A stretch of 64,000 bases of DNA from Myxococcota bacterium. Its GTDB lineage: Bacteria > Myxococcota_A > UBA9160 > UBA4427. Both the position numbers and the translations under genes were made by a program. Numbering within the stretch: position 1 is the first letter of the stretch; every line of letters starts with the position of its first letter. Positions 18,476 to 27,421 of this stretch are shown one piece after another. The DNA lies in NCBI GenBank assembly GCA_036336835.1, contig JAYZFK010000046.1, positions 32,001 to 96,000 of the forward strand, written 5' to 3'. The notes beneath the pieces were generated by a model, which searched no databases, was not told the DNA's origin, and was given only the letters and a program-made list of their open reading frames with translations.

Positions 18476-19825
18476 ATGGTGGCCCGGGCCTTTTGCTTCA
18501 TCGCTGTCGGATTGATCTCGGGCTGGACCGCCGGCTGCGCTGAGGACGCGGGCCGTTCCGCGGATCCGCGCCCCAACATCGTCCTGATCGTGGTCGACGA
18601 TCTCGGCTGGGACGACTTCGGCACCGGCGCGGCGGCGGACCTGCGGACGCCCCACATCGATGCGCTGGCAGCCGGGGGGGTGCGCTTCACCAGCGCGTAC
18701 TCTGCCGCGCCGCTCTGTAGCCCCGCCCGGGCCGGGCTGCTGACGGGGCGTTACCCGCAACGCTTCGGACACGAGAACAACACCGGCTCGGTCGGGCACC
18801 AGCACGACGCGCGCATCGGGCTTGCGCTGACCGAGCGCACGCTGGCCGATGCGCTCCGCAGCGTCTCCTATGCCACCGGCATGATCGGCAAGTGGCACCT
18901 GGGCGTTCGCCAGGAGTACCACCCGATGCGGCGCGGATTCCAGGAGTTCTTTGGGTTCCTGGCCGGCCACCACGCCTATCATCAGTTCAGCGAGAAGCCC
19001 CACAACCCGATCCTGCTCGGCTTCGACCCGATCCGAGGAAGCGGATACCTGACGGATGCCTTCTCGCGCCAGGCGGTCGCTTTCGTGGACCGACACGCCC
19101 ACGAGCGCTTCTTCCTGATGCTCGCGTACAGCGCAGTGCACGAGCCGCTGGTCGCGGATCCGGCCCGGGTGGCGCGCCTTCCCGAAGGACCGCGCCGCGA
19201 TTTCGCAGCCGTGCTCGCGGCCGTCGACGACGGTGTCGGGGAGCTGGTAGCGAGCCTGCAGCGACATGCGATCGAAGACGAGACGTTGATCGTGCTGACG
19301 AGCGACAACGGTGCCAGCGGTGCGGGCGCCGGTCTTCGGGGCGGCAAGGCCTCCCTCTACGAGGGCGGCGTTCGCGTCCCGCTGATCGCGCGCTGGCCCG
19401 GCCGGCTCCCCGGTGGAATTCGCTATGCAGAGCCGGTCTCGACGCTCGATCTGTTCGCGACCGCGAGCGCCGCGGCTGGGGTCGTCGCTCCCGACGGGAG
19501 CGCCCCGCTCGACGGCATCGATCTGCTGCCCTACGTCCGAGGCGAGATCGACGGAGCACCCCACGAGACGCTCTACTGGCGCGTCGGAGGTCAGCACGCG
19601 ATGCGCGCCGGCCACTGGAAGCTGCACTGGCGCGATGGCCGGGCTTCGACCCTATACGACCTCGCGGCCGATCCCGGGGAGTCACGCAACCTCGCGGCGG
19701 TCCATCCCGAGCGGGTGCGCTCGATGCATACGGCCTATGCGCAGTGGGAAGCGCCGCTCGAACAGCCGGCCTGGGAGTGGTTGCCCGGACAACCCGGAGC
19801 GACGCTCACCCCGGCCCCGAAGTGA
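18476..19825 (+). CDS. Cys-type sulfatase, predicted lipoprotein
   Basis: Motifs PNIVLIVVDDLG, CSPARAGLLTGRY, GKWHLG, SDNG, YEGGVRVP. Confidence 0.93.
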   Translation: MVARAFCFIAVGLISGWTAGCAEDAGRSADPRPNIVLIVVDDLGWDDFGTGAAADLRTPHIDALAAGGVRFTSAYSAAPLCSPARAGLLTGRYPQRFGHENNTGSVGHQHDARIGLALTERTLADALRSVSYATGMIGKWHLGVRQEYHPMRRGFQEFFGFLAGHHAYHQFSEKPHNPILLGFDPIRGSGYLTDAFSRQAVAFVDRHAHERFFLMLAYSAVHEPLVADPARVARLPEGPRRDFAAVLAAVDDGVGELVASLQRHAIEDETLIVLTSDNGASGAGAGLRGGKASLYEGGVRVPLIARWPGRLPGGIRYAEPVSTLDLFATASAAAGVVAPDGSAPLDGIDLLPYVRGEIDGAPHETLYWRVGGQHAMRAGHWKLHWRDGRASTLYDLAADPGESRNLAAVHPERVRSMHTAYAQWEAPLEQPAWEWLPGQPGATLTPAPK

Positions 19826-20834
19826 CTCCGAGCTGAGTCGCCGCCCGGGCTCGATGATAACGGGCGTCTCCGTATTGACGTTCCAGGACCAGGACCCGCT
19901 TCATCCACATGTGAGCGTGGTACTCGTAGGTGTAGGCGATCGCGCCGTGGCACTGGAGTGCCGTGCGAAAGCACAGGTGAGCAGCGTCGCCGGCGAGGGC
20001 TTTGGCCGTGGAGACGTCGAGCGGCGTGCGCTCGCTCTCGTGCTGGATCGAGTAGGCGGCGTGGTAGACGGGCGGACGCGCGACCTCGAGCTTGGTATGC
20101 GCGTTTGCCAGGTGGTGCTTGACTGCCTGGAAGGCGCCGATCGGCTGGCCAAACTGCACGCGGCCCTTGGCGTACTCGACGGTGAGGTCGATCAGCTGCC
20201 GGCCCAGTCCCAAGAGCTCTGCGGCGGCCGCCGCCGCGCCCCGATCGAAAGCGCGCCGGGCCGCAGCGCGTCCCTCGCTGCCGCTCGCGATGCGCGTCGC
20301 GTCGCTGGGCTCCCAGGCGACGTGATGAGCGCGCCGTCCTCCGTCGACCGATTGCTGCCGCGTGAGCTTGACCGCGTCCGGAGCGACGGCGTGGATCTCG
20401 TCGCCGTGTTGAAGCAGCAGCAGGTCGGCCGACGCGGCGTGCGCCACGACTGGGCTGCAGTCGAGCCCGATGGCCACGCGTGCCTCGCCGGCGGCGATCT
20501 TCGGCAGCCACTGGTCGGCGACCGGTCCCGCGAGTTCGGCCAGCAGCGGCGCCCCAACCGCGACGATGTCGGCGATCGGCTCGGGCACGGCGTGGCGGCC
20601 GCACTCCTCGAGCAGTAGCACCAGATCGATCGGACCGAGGCCGAGGCCGCCATGACTCTCGGGCGTCGTCAGCCCGAGGATCCCGAGCTCCGCCAGGTGG
20701 TCCCACAGCCCGGCGACGCTGCCGGTCTCGGTCTCCCACGCGTCGGCGAGCGCTTCGTGCGGGCACTCCTTGGCGAGCAGCTCGCTCACCGCCTCCTGCA
20801 TCAACCGCTGATCTTCCGAGAGCTCGAACTCCAC
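19806..20834 (-). CDS. acyl-CoA dehydrogenase family protein (short partner subunit)
   Basis: GTG 20834 (MEFELSEDQ). Motifs RVQFGQPIGAFQAVKH and QCHGAIAYTYE. Confidence 0.9.
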   Translation of the reverse strand: MEFELSEDQRLMQEAVSELLAKECPHEALADAWETETGSVAGLWDHLAELGILGLTTPESHGGLGLGPIDLVLLLEECGRHAVPEPIADIVAVGAPLLAELAGPVADQWLPKIAAGEARVAIGLDCSPVVAHAASADLLLLQHGDEIHAVAPDAVKLTRQQSVDGGRRAHHVAWEPSDATRIASGSEGRAAARRAFDRGAAAAAAELLGLGRQLIDLTVEYAKGRVQFGQPIGAFQAVKHHLANAHTKLEVARPPVYHAAYSIQHESERTPLDVSTAKALAGDAAHLCFRTALQCHGAIAYTYEYHAHMWMKRVLVLERQYGDARYHRARAATQLGVTSGPG

Positions 20835-20838
20835 GGCG

Positions 20839-22011
20839 CTATTTCCTCGGCATGCCGAGAATCCGCTCGGCGACGATGTTGCGTTGGATCTCGCTGGTAC
20901 CGCCCCAGATCGGGTTCGCAAGTCCGAACAGGTAGTCCTTCATCCAGCGACCCTGATCGAGGCCCACTTCCGAGTCTCCCAGCAGCTCGGCGGCCGGGCC
21001 GGCGATGTCGAGCGCGGTCTCGTGGATGTCGATGTCGAGCTCGGACCAGTGGAGCTTCATCACGCTCGACTCGGCACCGGGGTCCACGCCCTGCTCGATG
21101 CGCGTCGCCGTCCACAGTCCGTACAGGCGGTAGGCCTCGGCCTCCATCCAGCGCTGGGCCACACGGTCGCGCAGTGCCGCGTCGACGAGCTCCGGGCTGC
21201 GGCGCGCGAGATCGACCAGCCGGTCCGCCATCGCCATGAAGCGCCCGGGACTGCGCAACGTGAGTCCGCGCTCGGGACCGGTGGTTGCCATTGCGATGTA
21301 CCAGCCGCGATCGACCTCGCCCAGTACGTCGCGATCGGGCACGAAGGCGCCGTCGAAGTAGACCTCGGCAAAGCCTTCCTCGCCGTCGAGCTTGTTGATC
21401 GGCCGCACCGTCACGCCGTCGATGTTCAGATCGACGAGGAAGTAGCTGAGCCCCTTGTGCCGCACCGACTCGGGATCGCTGCGGAACAGACCGAACGTCT
21501 TGTCGCTGAACGTGCCGCGGGTGGTCCAGGTCTTGGCGCCGTAGAGTTTCCAGCCGGACTCCCCGCCCGGGCCTTCGGCGCGCTCGGCGCGCGAGGTCAG
21601 GGCCGCCAGGTCGCTGCCAGCACCGGGCTCCGACCAGCCCTGGCACCACAGCTCGTCGGCGCCCGGAATCTTCGGCAGCACGCGTTGCTTCTGCTCATCA
21701 GTCCCGAAGTGGAAGAGCGCAGGCGCTAGCAGGAAGATGCCATTCTGGGTCGCGCGCTGCGGGCCCCCCGCGCGGTAATACTCCTCCTCGAAGATCAGCC
21801 ACTCCATCAACGTGGCGTTGCGGCCGCCGTACTCTTCGGGCCAGTCGACCACCGCAAGGCGCTCGGCATACAGCTTCTTCTCCCACTCGACGTGCAGCGG
21901 AAAGCCCTCCGCCGAATCCAGGGGCGGCAGCCCGCGCGGGACGTTCGCCTCGAAGAACGCGCGGCACTCGGCGCGGAACTTCTCCTCTCGCTCGCTGTAT
22001 CGAAGATCCAC
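20839..22011 (-). CDS. acyl-CoA dehydrogenase family protein
   Basis: GGAGG then GTG 22011. Motifs WCQGWSEPGAGSDL and IWGGTSEIQRNIVAERILG. Confidence 0.92.
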   Translation of the reverse strand: MDLRYSEREEKFRAECRAFFEANVPRGLPPLDSAEGFPLHVEWEKKLYAERLAVVDWPEEYGGRNATLMEWLIFEEEYYRAGGPQRATQNGIFLLAPALFHFGTDEQKQRVLPKIPGADELWCQGWSEPGAGSDLAALTSRAERAEGPGGESGWKLYGAKTWTTRGTFSDKTFGLFRSDPESVRHKGLSYFLVDLNIDGVTVRPINKLDGEEGFAEVYFDGAFVPDRDVLGEVDRGWYIAMATTGPERGLTLRSPGRFMAMADRLVDLARRSPELVDAALRDRVAQRWMEAEAYRLYGLWTATRIEQGVDPGAESSVMKLHWSELDIDIHETALDIAGPAAELLGDSEVGLDQGRWMKDYLFGLANPIWGGTSEIQRNIVAERILGMPRK

Positions 22012-22100
22012 GCTGCCTCCTGAGCTGGCCCTGGCCTTGAAGGGGGCGTGAACCATACCGGAGTGGGCCCACTGCGCGCCGGGGAGGTACCCTCCAGGCC

Positions 22101-22586
22101 GTGTGCGACTACCACGAGATCGCGAACCTGGTCTACGAGTACGGCTACCGCGTCGACGCCGGTGACTTCGAGGGTGTAGGGCAGCTGCTGGCCGACGCCC
22201 GACTGATCGCCGACGGGACGCCGATGGACGTGAGCGGCGCCGACGCCATCGCCCGCCACTACGAGAGCACGACACGCCGCTACGAGGACACGGGGACCCC
22301 GAAGACCAAGCACGTCTTCACCAATCTGCAGATCGAGATCGACGAGGCCGGCGGCACCGCGCGGGGCAGGGCCCACTACCTGGTGCTCCAGCAGACGGAC
22401 GTGCTGCCGCTCCAGCCCATCATCACCGGGCGCTACGAGCACCGCTTCGAGCGGCGCGGCGGCTCGTGGCGCATCACGCGGAAGAAGTTCTTCGTCGACC
22501 AGGTCGGCGACCTCAGTCACCACCTGCTGTTCGATCTCGCCTCTTCCCAGACAGACGCCCCAGCCGAATCCTCTGGAGCGAGCTAG
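22101..22586 (+). CDS. SnoaL-like / NTF2 family protein
   Basis: Motifs EIANLVYEY..RVDAGD, TKHVFTN, GRYEHRF..GGSWRI. Confidence 0.85.
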   Translation: MCDYHEIANLVYEYGYRVDAGDFEGVGQLLADARLIADGTPMDVSGADAIARHYESTTRRYEDTGTPKTKHVFTNLQIEIDEAGGTARGRAHYLVLQQTDVLPLQPIITGRYEHRFERRGGSWRITRKKFFVDQVGDLSHHLLFDLASSQTDAPAESSGAS

Positions 22587-22591
22587 CCGCG

Positions 22592-23785
22592 ATGCCCACC
22601 GAGATTCGGATGCCCGAGCTGAGCTCGGACATGACCGAGGCCGACCTCGTTCAGTGGCTGGTGGCGGTCGGTGACACGATCGCGGCGGGCGAGCTGATCG
22701 CGGAGATCGAGACCGACAAGGCCACGGTCGAGTACGAGGCCCCGGTGTCCGGGGTGGTGGTCGAGCTGTGCGTCGCCGCGCCGGCAACCGGCGTCAAGGT
22801 GGGCGAGCTGATCGCACGTATCGAGGAGACAAGCCCCGCCGCCCAGCCCGAGAGCCCAGCGCCCGAGGTCGCCGTCGCCATGGCGCCCGAGCCCGAAGCC
22901 GCGTCGACGACGGCGCCCGTACCCGAAGAAGCCGTACCGGAGCCCGAGAGAGTTCCGGCAACTGCCCTCGCCCGCCGCATTGCCGAACAGGAGGGCGTGA
23001 ACCTGCAGAGCATCGAGCCGAGCGGTGCGGGTGGTCGAGTCACCAAGGCCGACGTCGAGGCCGCGACGAGCACCGCTCACGCGCCACGGTCCGAGCCGAC
23101 CGCCAGCCGGCAGACCGGCGCTCCGCTCTCGCGCATGCGCCGGACCATCGCCCGGCGCATGAGCGAAGCCAAGCAGGAGGTTCCGCACTTCTATCTCGAG
23201 CTCCGCTGCGACCCGAAGCAGTTGCTCGCCGTGCGGCGCCAGCTGAACGACGGCCGCGAGCGGCCAGGGCTGTCGGTCAACGACTTCTGCGTGGCTGCGG
23301 CGGCGCGCGCGCTGCGCGAGGTGCCCGAGGCCAACGTCGCCTGGCGCGGCGACTCGATCGAGCGCTTCGCGACGAGCGACATCGCGGTCGCGGTGGCCAC
23401 CGGCGACGGGCTGATCACTCCGGTGCTGCGGGATGCCGCGAACCTCGGTCTGACCGACGTCTCCGCGCGCCTGGGCGATCTGGTCGAGCGAGCGCGCACG
23501 GGCAAGCTCGCACCCGATGAGTATCAGGGCGGCTTCACGCTCTCGAACCTGGGCATGTACGGCGTCACCGCCGTGTGGCCAATCGTGAATCCGCCCCACG
23601 CCTGCATCCTCGGCATCGGGGCAGTCGAGCAGGTGCCTGTCGTCGAGGACGACGTCGTGGTGCCGGGAGTTCGCATGACCTGCACGCTGTCGGCCGATCA
23701 CCGCGCCGTCGACGGCGCGGTCGGAGCGCGGCTGCTGGCAAGCTTCCGCCGCTACCTCGAAGACCCGCTCGAAATGATCCTGTGA
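22592..23785 (+). CDS. dihydrolipoamide acyltransferase (E2 of a 2-oxoacid dehydrogenase complex)
   Basis: Lipoyl motif ETDKA, E3-binding region (ALARRIAEQ..GRVTKADV), catalytic DHRAVDG. Confidence 0.92.
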   Translation: MPTEIRMPELSSDMTEADLVQWLVAVGDTIAAGELIAEIETDKATVEYEAPVSGVVVELCVAAPATGVKVGELIARIEETSPAAQPESPAPEVAVAMAPEPEAASTTAPVPEEAVPEPERVPATALARRIAEQEGVNLQSIEPSGAGGRVTKADVEAATSTAHAPRSEPTASRQTGAPLSRMRRTIARRMSEAKQEVPHFYLELRCDPKQLLAVRRQLNDGRERPGLSVNDFCVAAAARALREVPEANVAWRGDSIERFATSDIAVAVATGDGLITPVLRDAANLGLTDVSARLGDLVERARTGKLAPDEYQGGFTLSNLGMYGVTAVWPIVNPPHACILGIGAVEQVPVVEDDVVVPGVRMTCTLSADHRAVDGAVGARLLASFRRYLEDPLEMIL

Positions 23786-23792
23786 GACTGGC

Positions 23793-24920
23793 TCAGCGCT
23801 CGCGACCGGTCGCAGGCCAAGACCGGTAGTGCGTGGCGGCGTACCAGCCCGCCGTGTGCCAGAACCGCCCGTCCTGCTCGACGATCATCGCCTCGACCCC
23901 GGGAGCGGCCTCGACGATCTCGAGCGCCGAATCGGGATCCAGCACCAGGATCGCCGTGCTCAGTGCGTCGGCGCGGCTCGCATCGCCGGCAACCACGACC
24001 GCGAGTGCCCGTCGATCGACCGGCCACAGCGTTCGCGGGTCGATGATCGGCGCCCGACCTGGCGCCGGCGGATCGACGTCCAGCTGGATCGCATCGGGCT
24101 GTTCGCCGGCCTCGATCGATGAGCTGACCGAGAGCGCCTGATCGCGCAGCGTGACCTGGCCCTGAATGCCGCCGGACGGCGTGCGCAACGCGAGCGTCCA
24201 GCCCTCGGTGCCGGGTGGCGCCCCGAGCGCCCAGATGCTGCTCTGCCCGAAGCTCAGCAACGCCGCTTCGATCTCGGACGCGCGCAGCCACGGCACCACG
24301 CGATCGAGCGCCCAGCCCTTGGCGATGCCACCGAAGTCGAGCCGCATACCCGGCGCGAGCAGCTCGATGCGCTCGCCCGGCCATCGCTTCAGCTTGTCGT
24401 GGCCGGTGCGTGCGCGCACCGCCGCGAGGGCCGCCTGATCGGGCAGCAGCGGATCGGCCGTTCGCCAGAACTCGATCGCGGGCCCGAGCGTCACGTCGAA
24501 CGCGCCCCGGGACAGCTCGCCGCAGCGAAGCGCGATTCCCACCAGCTCGGCCACCGCCGGATCGACCTCGCGCGGACCGCCACCCGCGGCGTCGGCAAGT
24601 CGCGAGACCGAACTCTCGGGATCGTAATGCGAGACCAGCCGCTCGAGGCGTGCCACCTCCTGGTACACCGCCTCGGCAACGGCCCGTCCCTGCGCCTCGT
24701 CGCGCACGACGAGCTCGAGCTCGAGCACCGTCCCCATCAGCACCCGGCCGCCGGAGTACTCGCGTCCCGACGGCCGGGCGGGGGCGTTCGGCAGCTCGGG
24801 CGCAGCAGCGCAGCCCAGCGAGACCGCGAGCACGGCGCTCAGCAGTCGTCGTCGTCCTCGTCTTCGTCGTCGACGAAGCCGGTGTAGTTCTCGGCCTGAG
24901 ACCCCGTGAACACGCTCCAC
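23793..24920 (-). CDS. apbE: FAD:protein FMN transferase (ApbE family), predicted lipoprotein; start uncertain (24920 or about 24833-24842)
   Basis: Motifs MGT, GAFDVT, LDFGGIAKGWALD, IIDPRT, ADALSTA. Lipobox SLG-C. Confidence 0.88.
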   Translation of the reverse strand: MERVHGVSGRELHRLRRRRRRGRRRLLSAVLAVSLGCAAAPELPNAPARPSGREYSGGRVLMGTVLELELVVRDEAQGRAVAEAVYQEVARLERLVSHYDPESSVSRLADAAGGGPREVDPAVAELVGIALRCGELSRGAFDVTLGPAIEFWRTADPLLPDQAALAAVRARTGHDKLKRWPGERIELLAPGMRLDFGGIAKGWALDRVVPWLRASEIEAALLSFGQSSIWALGAPPGTEGWTLALRTPSGGIQGQVTLRDQALSVSSSIEAGEQPDAIQLDVDPPAPGRAPIIDPRTLWPVDRRALAVVVAGDASRADALSTAILVLDPDSALEIVEAAPGVEAMIVEQDGRFWHTAGWYAATHYRSWPATGRER

Positions 24921-25372
24921 AACGACACGATGATCAGCGCCGCCAGGCTCCCCTGCAACAGCAGGAAGCCCACCACCTTCAGGATCGCGAAGTCGGCGCT
25001 GCCGAAGCGCACGAGCCAGCTCGAGCCCTCTTCGAGCGCGGCGGCCACGAAGGGCAGCGCGATCAGCACGGCCTTCCAGGAAGTGCGGATCGGAACGAAT
25101 AGCATCAGATGGGTCAGCACCATCAAGAGCAGCCCGACCGCGAACAAATGAAAGTGCGTGACCTCGAGAAGCCCCTGGTAGGTGCGCGCCGGCTGGTACG
25201 ACGCTTCGTCGCCGAGGTAGTAGGCGACGACCGAGGACGGCGCGAGCGTCATCTTCGAGAAGTAGAGCAGACAGTTGGTGACCCACAGGCCGCCGACCCA
25301 CACCGTGTACAGCACCACGATCAGCTGCAGCAACCGGTTGCGCGACCATTCTCCAGTAACCACGAATCGCAT
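24839..25372 (-). CDS. uncharacterised four-TM membrane protein with intramembrane His residues
   Basis: Four hydrophobic segments, motif LEVTHFHLF-x10-THL, acidic tail. Tightly packed in the operon. Confidence 0.75.
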   Translation of the reverse strand: MRFVVTGEWSRNRLLQLIVVLYTVWVGGLWVTNCLLYFSKMTLAPSSVVAYYLGDEASYQPARTYQGLLEVTHFHLFAVGLLLMVLTHLMLFVPIRTSWKAVLIALPFVAAALEEGSSWLVRFGSADFAILKVVGFLLLQGSLAALIIVSLWSVFTGSQAENYTGFVDDEDEDDDDC

Positions 25373-25375
25373 CGT

Positions 25376-25951
25376 TCAGCCGCCGTCCCCGGCCACTGGC
25401 AGCTCGCCTTTCACCACGACGCGAAACAGCGCGAGTACCCGGCGTACGCTGCTCGCCACGGCGCGGGCCGAGAGCGTCGCGCCGGCGATGCCGTGGATGT
25501 CGCGGCCCAGGCGCAGCGGGTCGGCGAGCGACCTGTCCTCGAACTGCTTGTACCAGCGCTCGGTCGGCAGATAGTCGAGCGGCTCGTGAAACGCGAGCAC
25601 CCGCACGGAGCGGGTCGTCCCGTCGGGCTCGAGCACGATCATGAACGCCTCCGGCAGGCTGCGCACGGTGTGCACGTCGATGAACGCATAGCCCGTCACC
25701 CGGTCCCCCTGCCAGGCCGCGTAGAACTTGGCGATCCGCGAGTCGAGCTTGCTGCGTGCGGACCGCTCGACCGCCTCGACCTGCTCGCGCGAGAGAACCC
25801 GGGTGTCGGTTTCAATGCGATCGGCGTCGGGAAACGCGAGCTCGATGGCCTCGCGCTGCGACAGGAAGACCTTTGCCTCCGCCGGCGTCCCGAGCAGGGC
25901 GAGGGCACCCGCCAGGGCGAGCGCGCCAGCGCGGCTAGAACACGAAGCCAA
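25376..25951 (-). CDS. exported FMN-binding domain protein (flavinylation target)
   Basis: Signal peptide ending AEA, then FHEP..YLP..RWYKQF and DIHGIAGATLS (GAT acceptor motif, Thr codon 25475-25477). Adjacent to ApbE. Confidence 0.8.
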   Translation of the reverse strand: MASCSSRAGALALAGALALLGTPAEAKVFLSQREAIELAFPDADRIETDTRVLSREQVEAVERSARSKLDSRIAKFYAAWQGDRVTGYAFIDVHTVRSLPEAFMIVLEPDGTTRSVRVLAFHEPLDYLPTERWYKQFEDRSLADPLRLGRDIHGIAGATLSARAVASSVRRVLALFRVVVKGELPVAGDGG

Positions 25952-27299
25952 AGCCGACCTCGACCTCGTCGGGCAGCTCGCCTCCCGCCGAGTCGATGTT
26001 GCGATAGTCGAGCTTCAGCACGACCTGAGGATGCGGCTTGTACTGCAAGCCGAGCACGTGGTAGCGCTGATCGAGCGTGGGGTCCGCCACGCCCGGCGCG
26101 CGCACGGACTGCTGCGTGTTCAGCCGCTCGTAGCGGTAGAAGGGCTCGAGAGTCATCTCGCTATCGGGCAGGAACCACGGCATCAGGTCGTACGCGAACT
26201 CGACGTAGCCGCCGTTCATGCGCCGGGCAATCGATTCGCCCGGATCGCCGCCGAGCACCGCCGAGAGCTCGACGCTGTCGCCGAGCAGGCTCTGCGCGTA
26301 CAGCGCGCGCACGTGGGCACCGGCCCGCTTCAGCTGGCCGTGGACCTCCCAGATCGTGGTGGGCGCGTCCGGGACGGCCCCACCCATGCCTGGCGGGTTC
26401 GCTCCGGGGGGGGCAACGATCGTCTGGTTCTGGCCCGACTTGCCGTAGTAGACCGAGCCGCCGAGCTGCAGACCGAGGAGCGGCTCGACGTCGACGCGGC
26501 CCACGAAGGCAAAATGGTCCGACAGCGCGCGGCTTCCCTTCTGGCGCCCGCCCCGGAAACCGCTGGCGCTGAAGCCCGCGGCGTCCAGACCGTTCACCCC
26601 GTACATGCGGTAGCGCACGCGGTCTTCCAGGAAGCTGCCGTAGATGCCGGCTCCGTTCTCGCGCCAGGTGGTCGGAATCAGGCGCTGCTCGACCTCGGGC
26701 CGCGAGTTGCTGAAGTAGAAGACCGGCTCGTGGATCTCGTTCAGGAAGCCCATCGGCAGCAGCAACAAGCCGGCTCGCGCGTTGAAGTAATCGCGGAGCA
26801 GGAAGTCGAGGATCAGAAGCTCGGTCGACACCGAGCCCCCGCCGCCCGTTCCGGCGTGCTCGAATTCGACCTCGCTGTTGACCACGATCCAGTCGTTGAA
26901 CTTGTATCCGACGTACAGGGCCAGGCGCAGCGCATCGAAGATGTCCTGCGAGCCGCCCGCCTGGTCGGCCACCTGCCCGCGGAAGCGAACCTCGCCGTAG
27001 CCCCCGATCGAGAGACCGCGATCGCGCTGATAGACCTTCGAGGCCCCCGGTGCCAGCCCCGCGTAGCTCGTCAGACCGCCCTCTTCGGGCACTGCGAAGA
27101 TCTTGCGCAGGGCGTCGATTTCCTCGATGACGACCTGCATCGTCTCCTCGAGGTCGCCGATCCGCTCCTCACGCGACTCTTCGTCCTCTGCTTCGGCAAA
27201 GGCGGCAGGCGCCAGGCCGACCGCCGCCAGCAGGGCGACCAGTGCCCCCCAACCGTGGCTCCCGGCGTGTCTGTTCGTGGTAAAACTGGTTCTGGCCAT
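25935..27299 (-). CDS. outer-membrane beta-barrel porin with N-terminal coiled coil
   Basis: Signal peptide (AFA), coiled-coil stretch, LSIGGYGE, SEVEFEH, HEP..RPEVE..IPTTWRENG, and an amphipathic C-terminal strand ending GFVF. Confidence 0.8.
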   Translation of the reverse strand: MARTSFTTNRHAGSHGWGALVALLAAVGLAPAAFAEAEDEESREERIGDLEETMQVVIEEIDALRKIFAVPEEGGLTSYAGLAPGASKVYQRDRGLSIGGYGEVRFRGQVADQAGGSQDIFDALRLALYVGYKFNDWIVVNSEVEFEHAGTGGGGSVSTELLILDFLLRDYFNARAGLLLLPMGFLNEIHEPVFYFSNSRPEVEQRLIPTTWRENGAGIYGSFLEDRVRYRMYGVNGLDAAGFSASGFRGGRQKGSRALSDHFAFVGRVDVEPLLGLQLGGSVYYGKSGQNQTIVAPPGANPPGMGGAVPDAPTTIWEVHGQLKRAGAHVRALYAQSLLGDSVELSAVLGGDPGESIARRMNGGYVEFAYDLMPWFLPDSEMTLEPFYRYERLNTQQSVRAPGVADPTLDQRYHVLGLQYKPHPQVVLKLDYRNIDSAGGELPDEVEVGFGFVF

Positions 27300-27323
27300 G
27301 ATTCAGCTCGATTCGGACCCGCG

Positions 27324-27356
27324 TTCTATCGAAAATGGAATTCATTTTCAATAGAA
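27324..27356. promoter_or_regulatory. Fur-box-like palindromic operator
   Basis: Core GAAAATGGAATTCATTTTC (27331-27349) matches 14/19 positions of GATAATGATAATCATTATC and is flanked by TTCTAT/ATAGAA arms. AT-rich, about 30 bp upstream of the porin start. Confidence 0.75.
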
Positions 27357-27421
27357 AGTCGAAAATGGGCCTGTGGGCCTACTCAGAGCGCCCTGACACA
27401 TCGCAGCGGGAGTCGAGCCAA

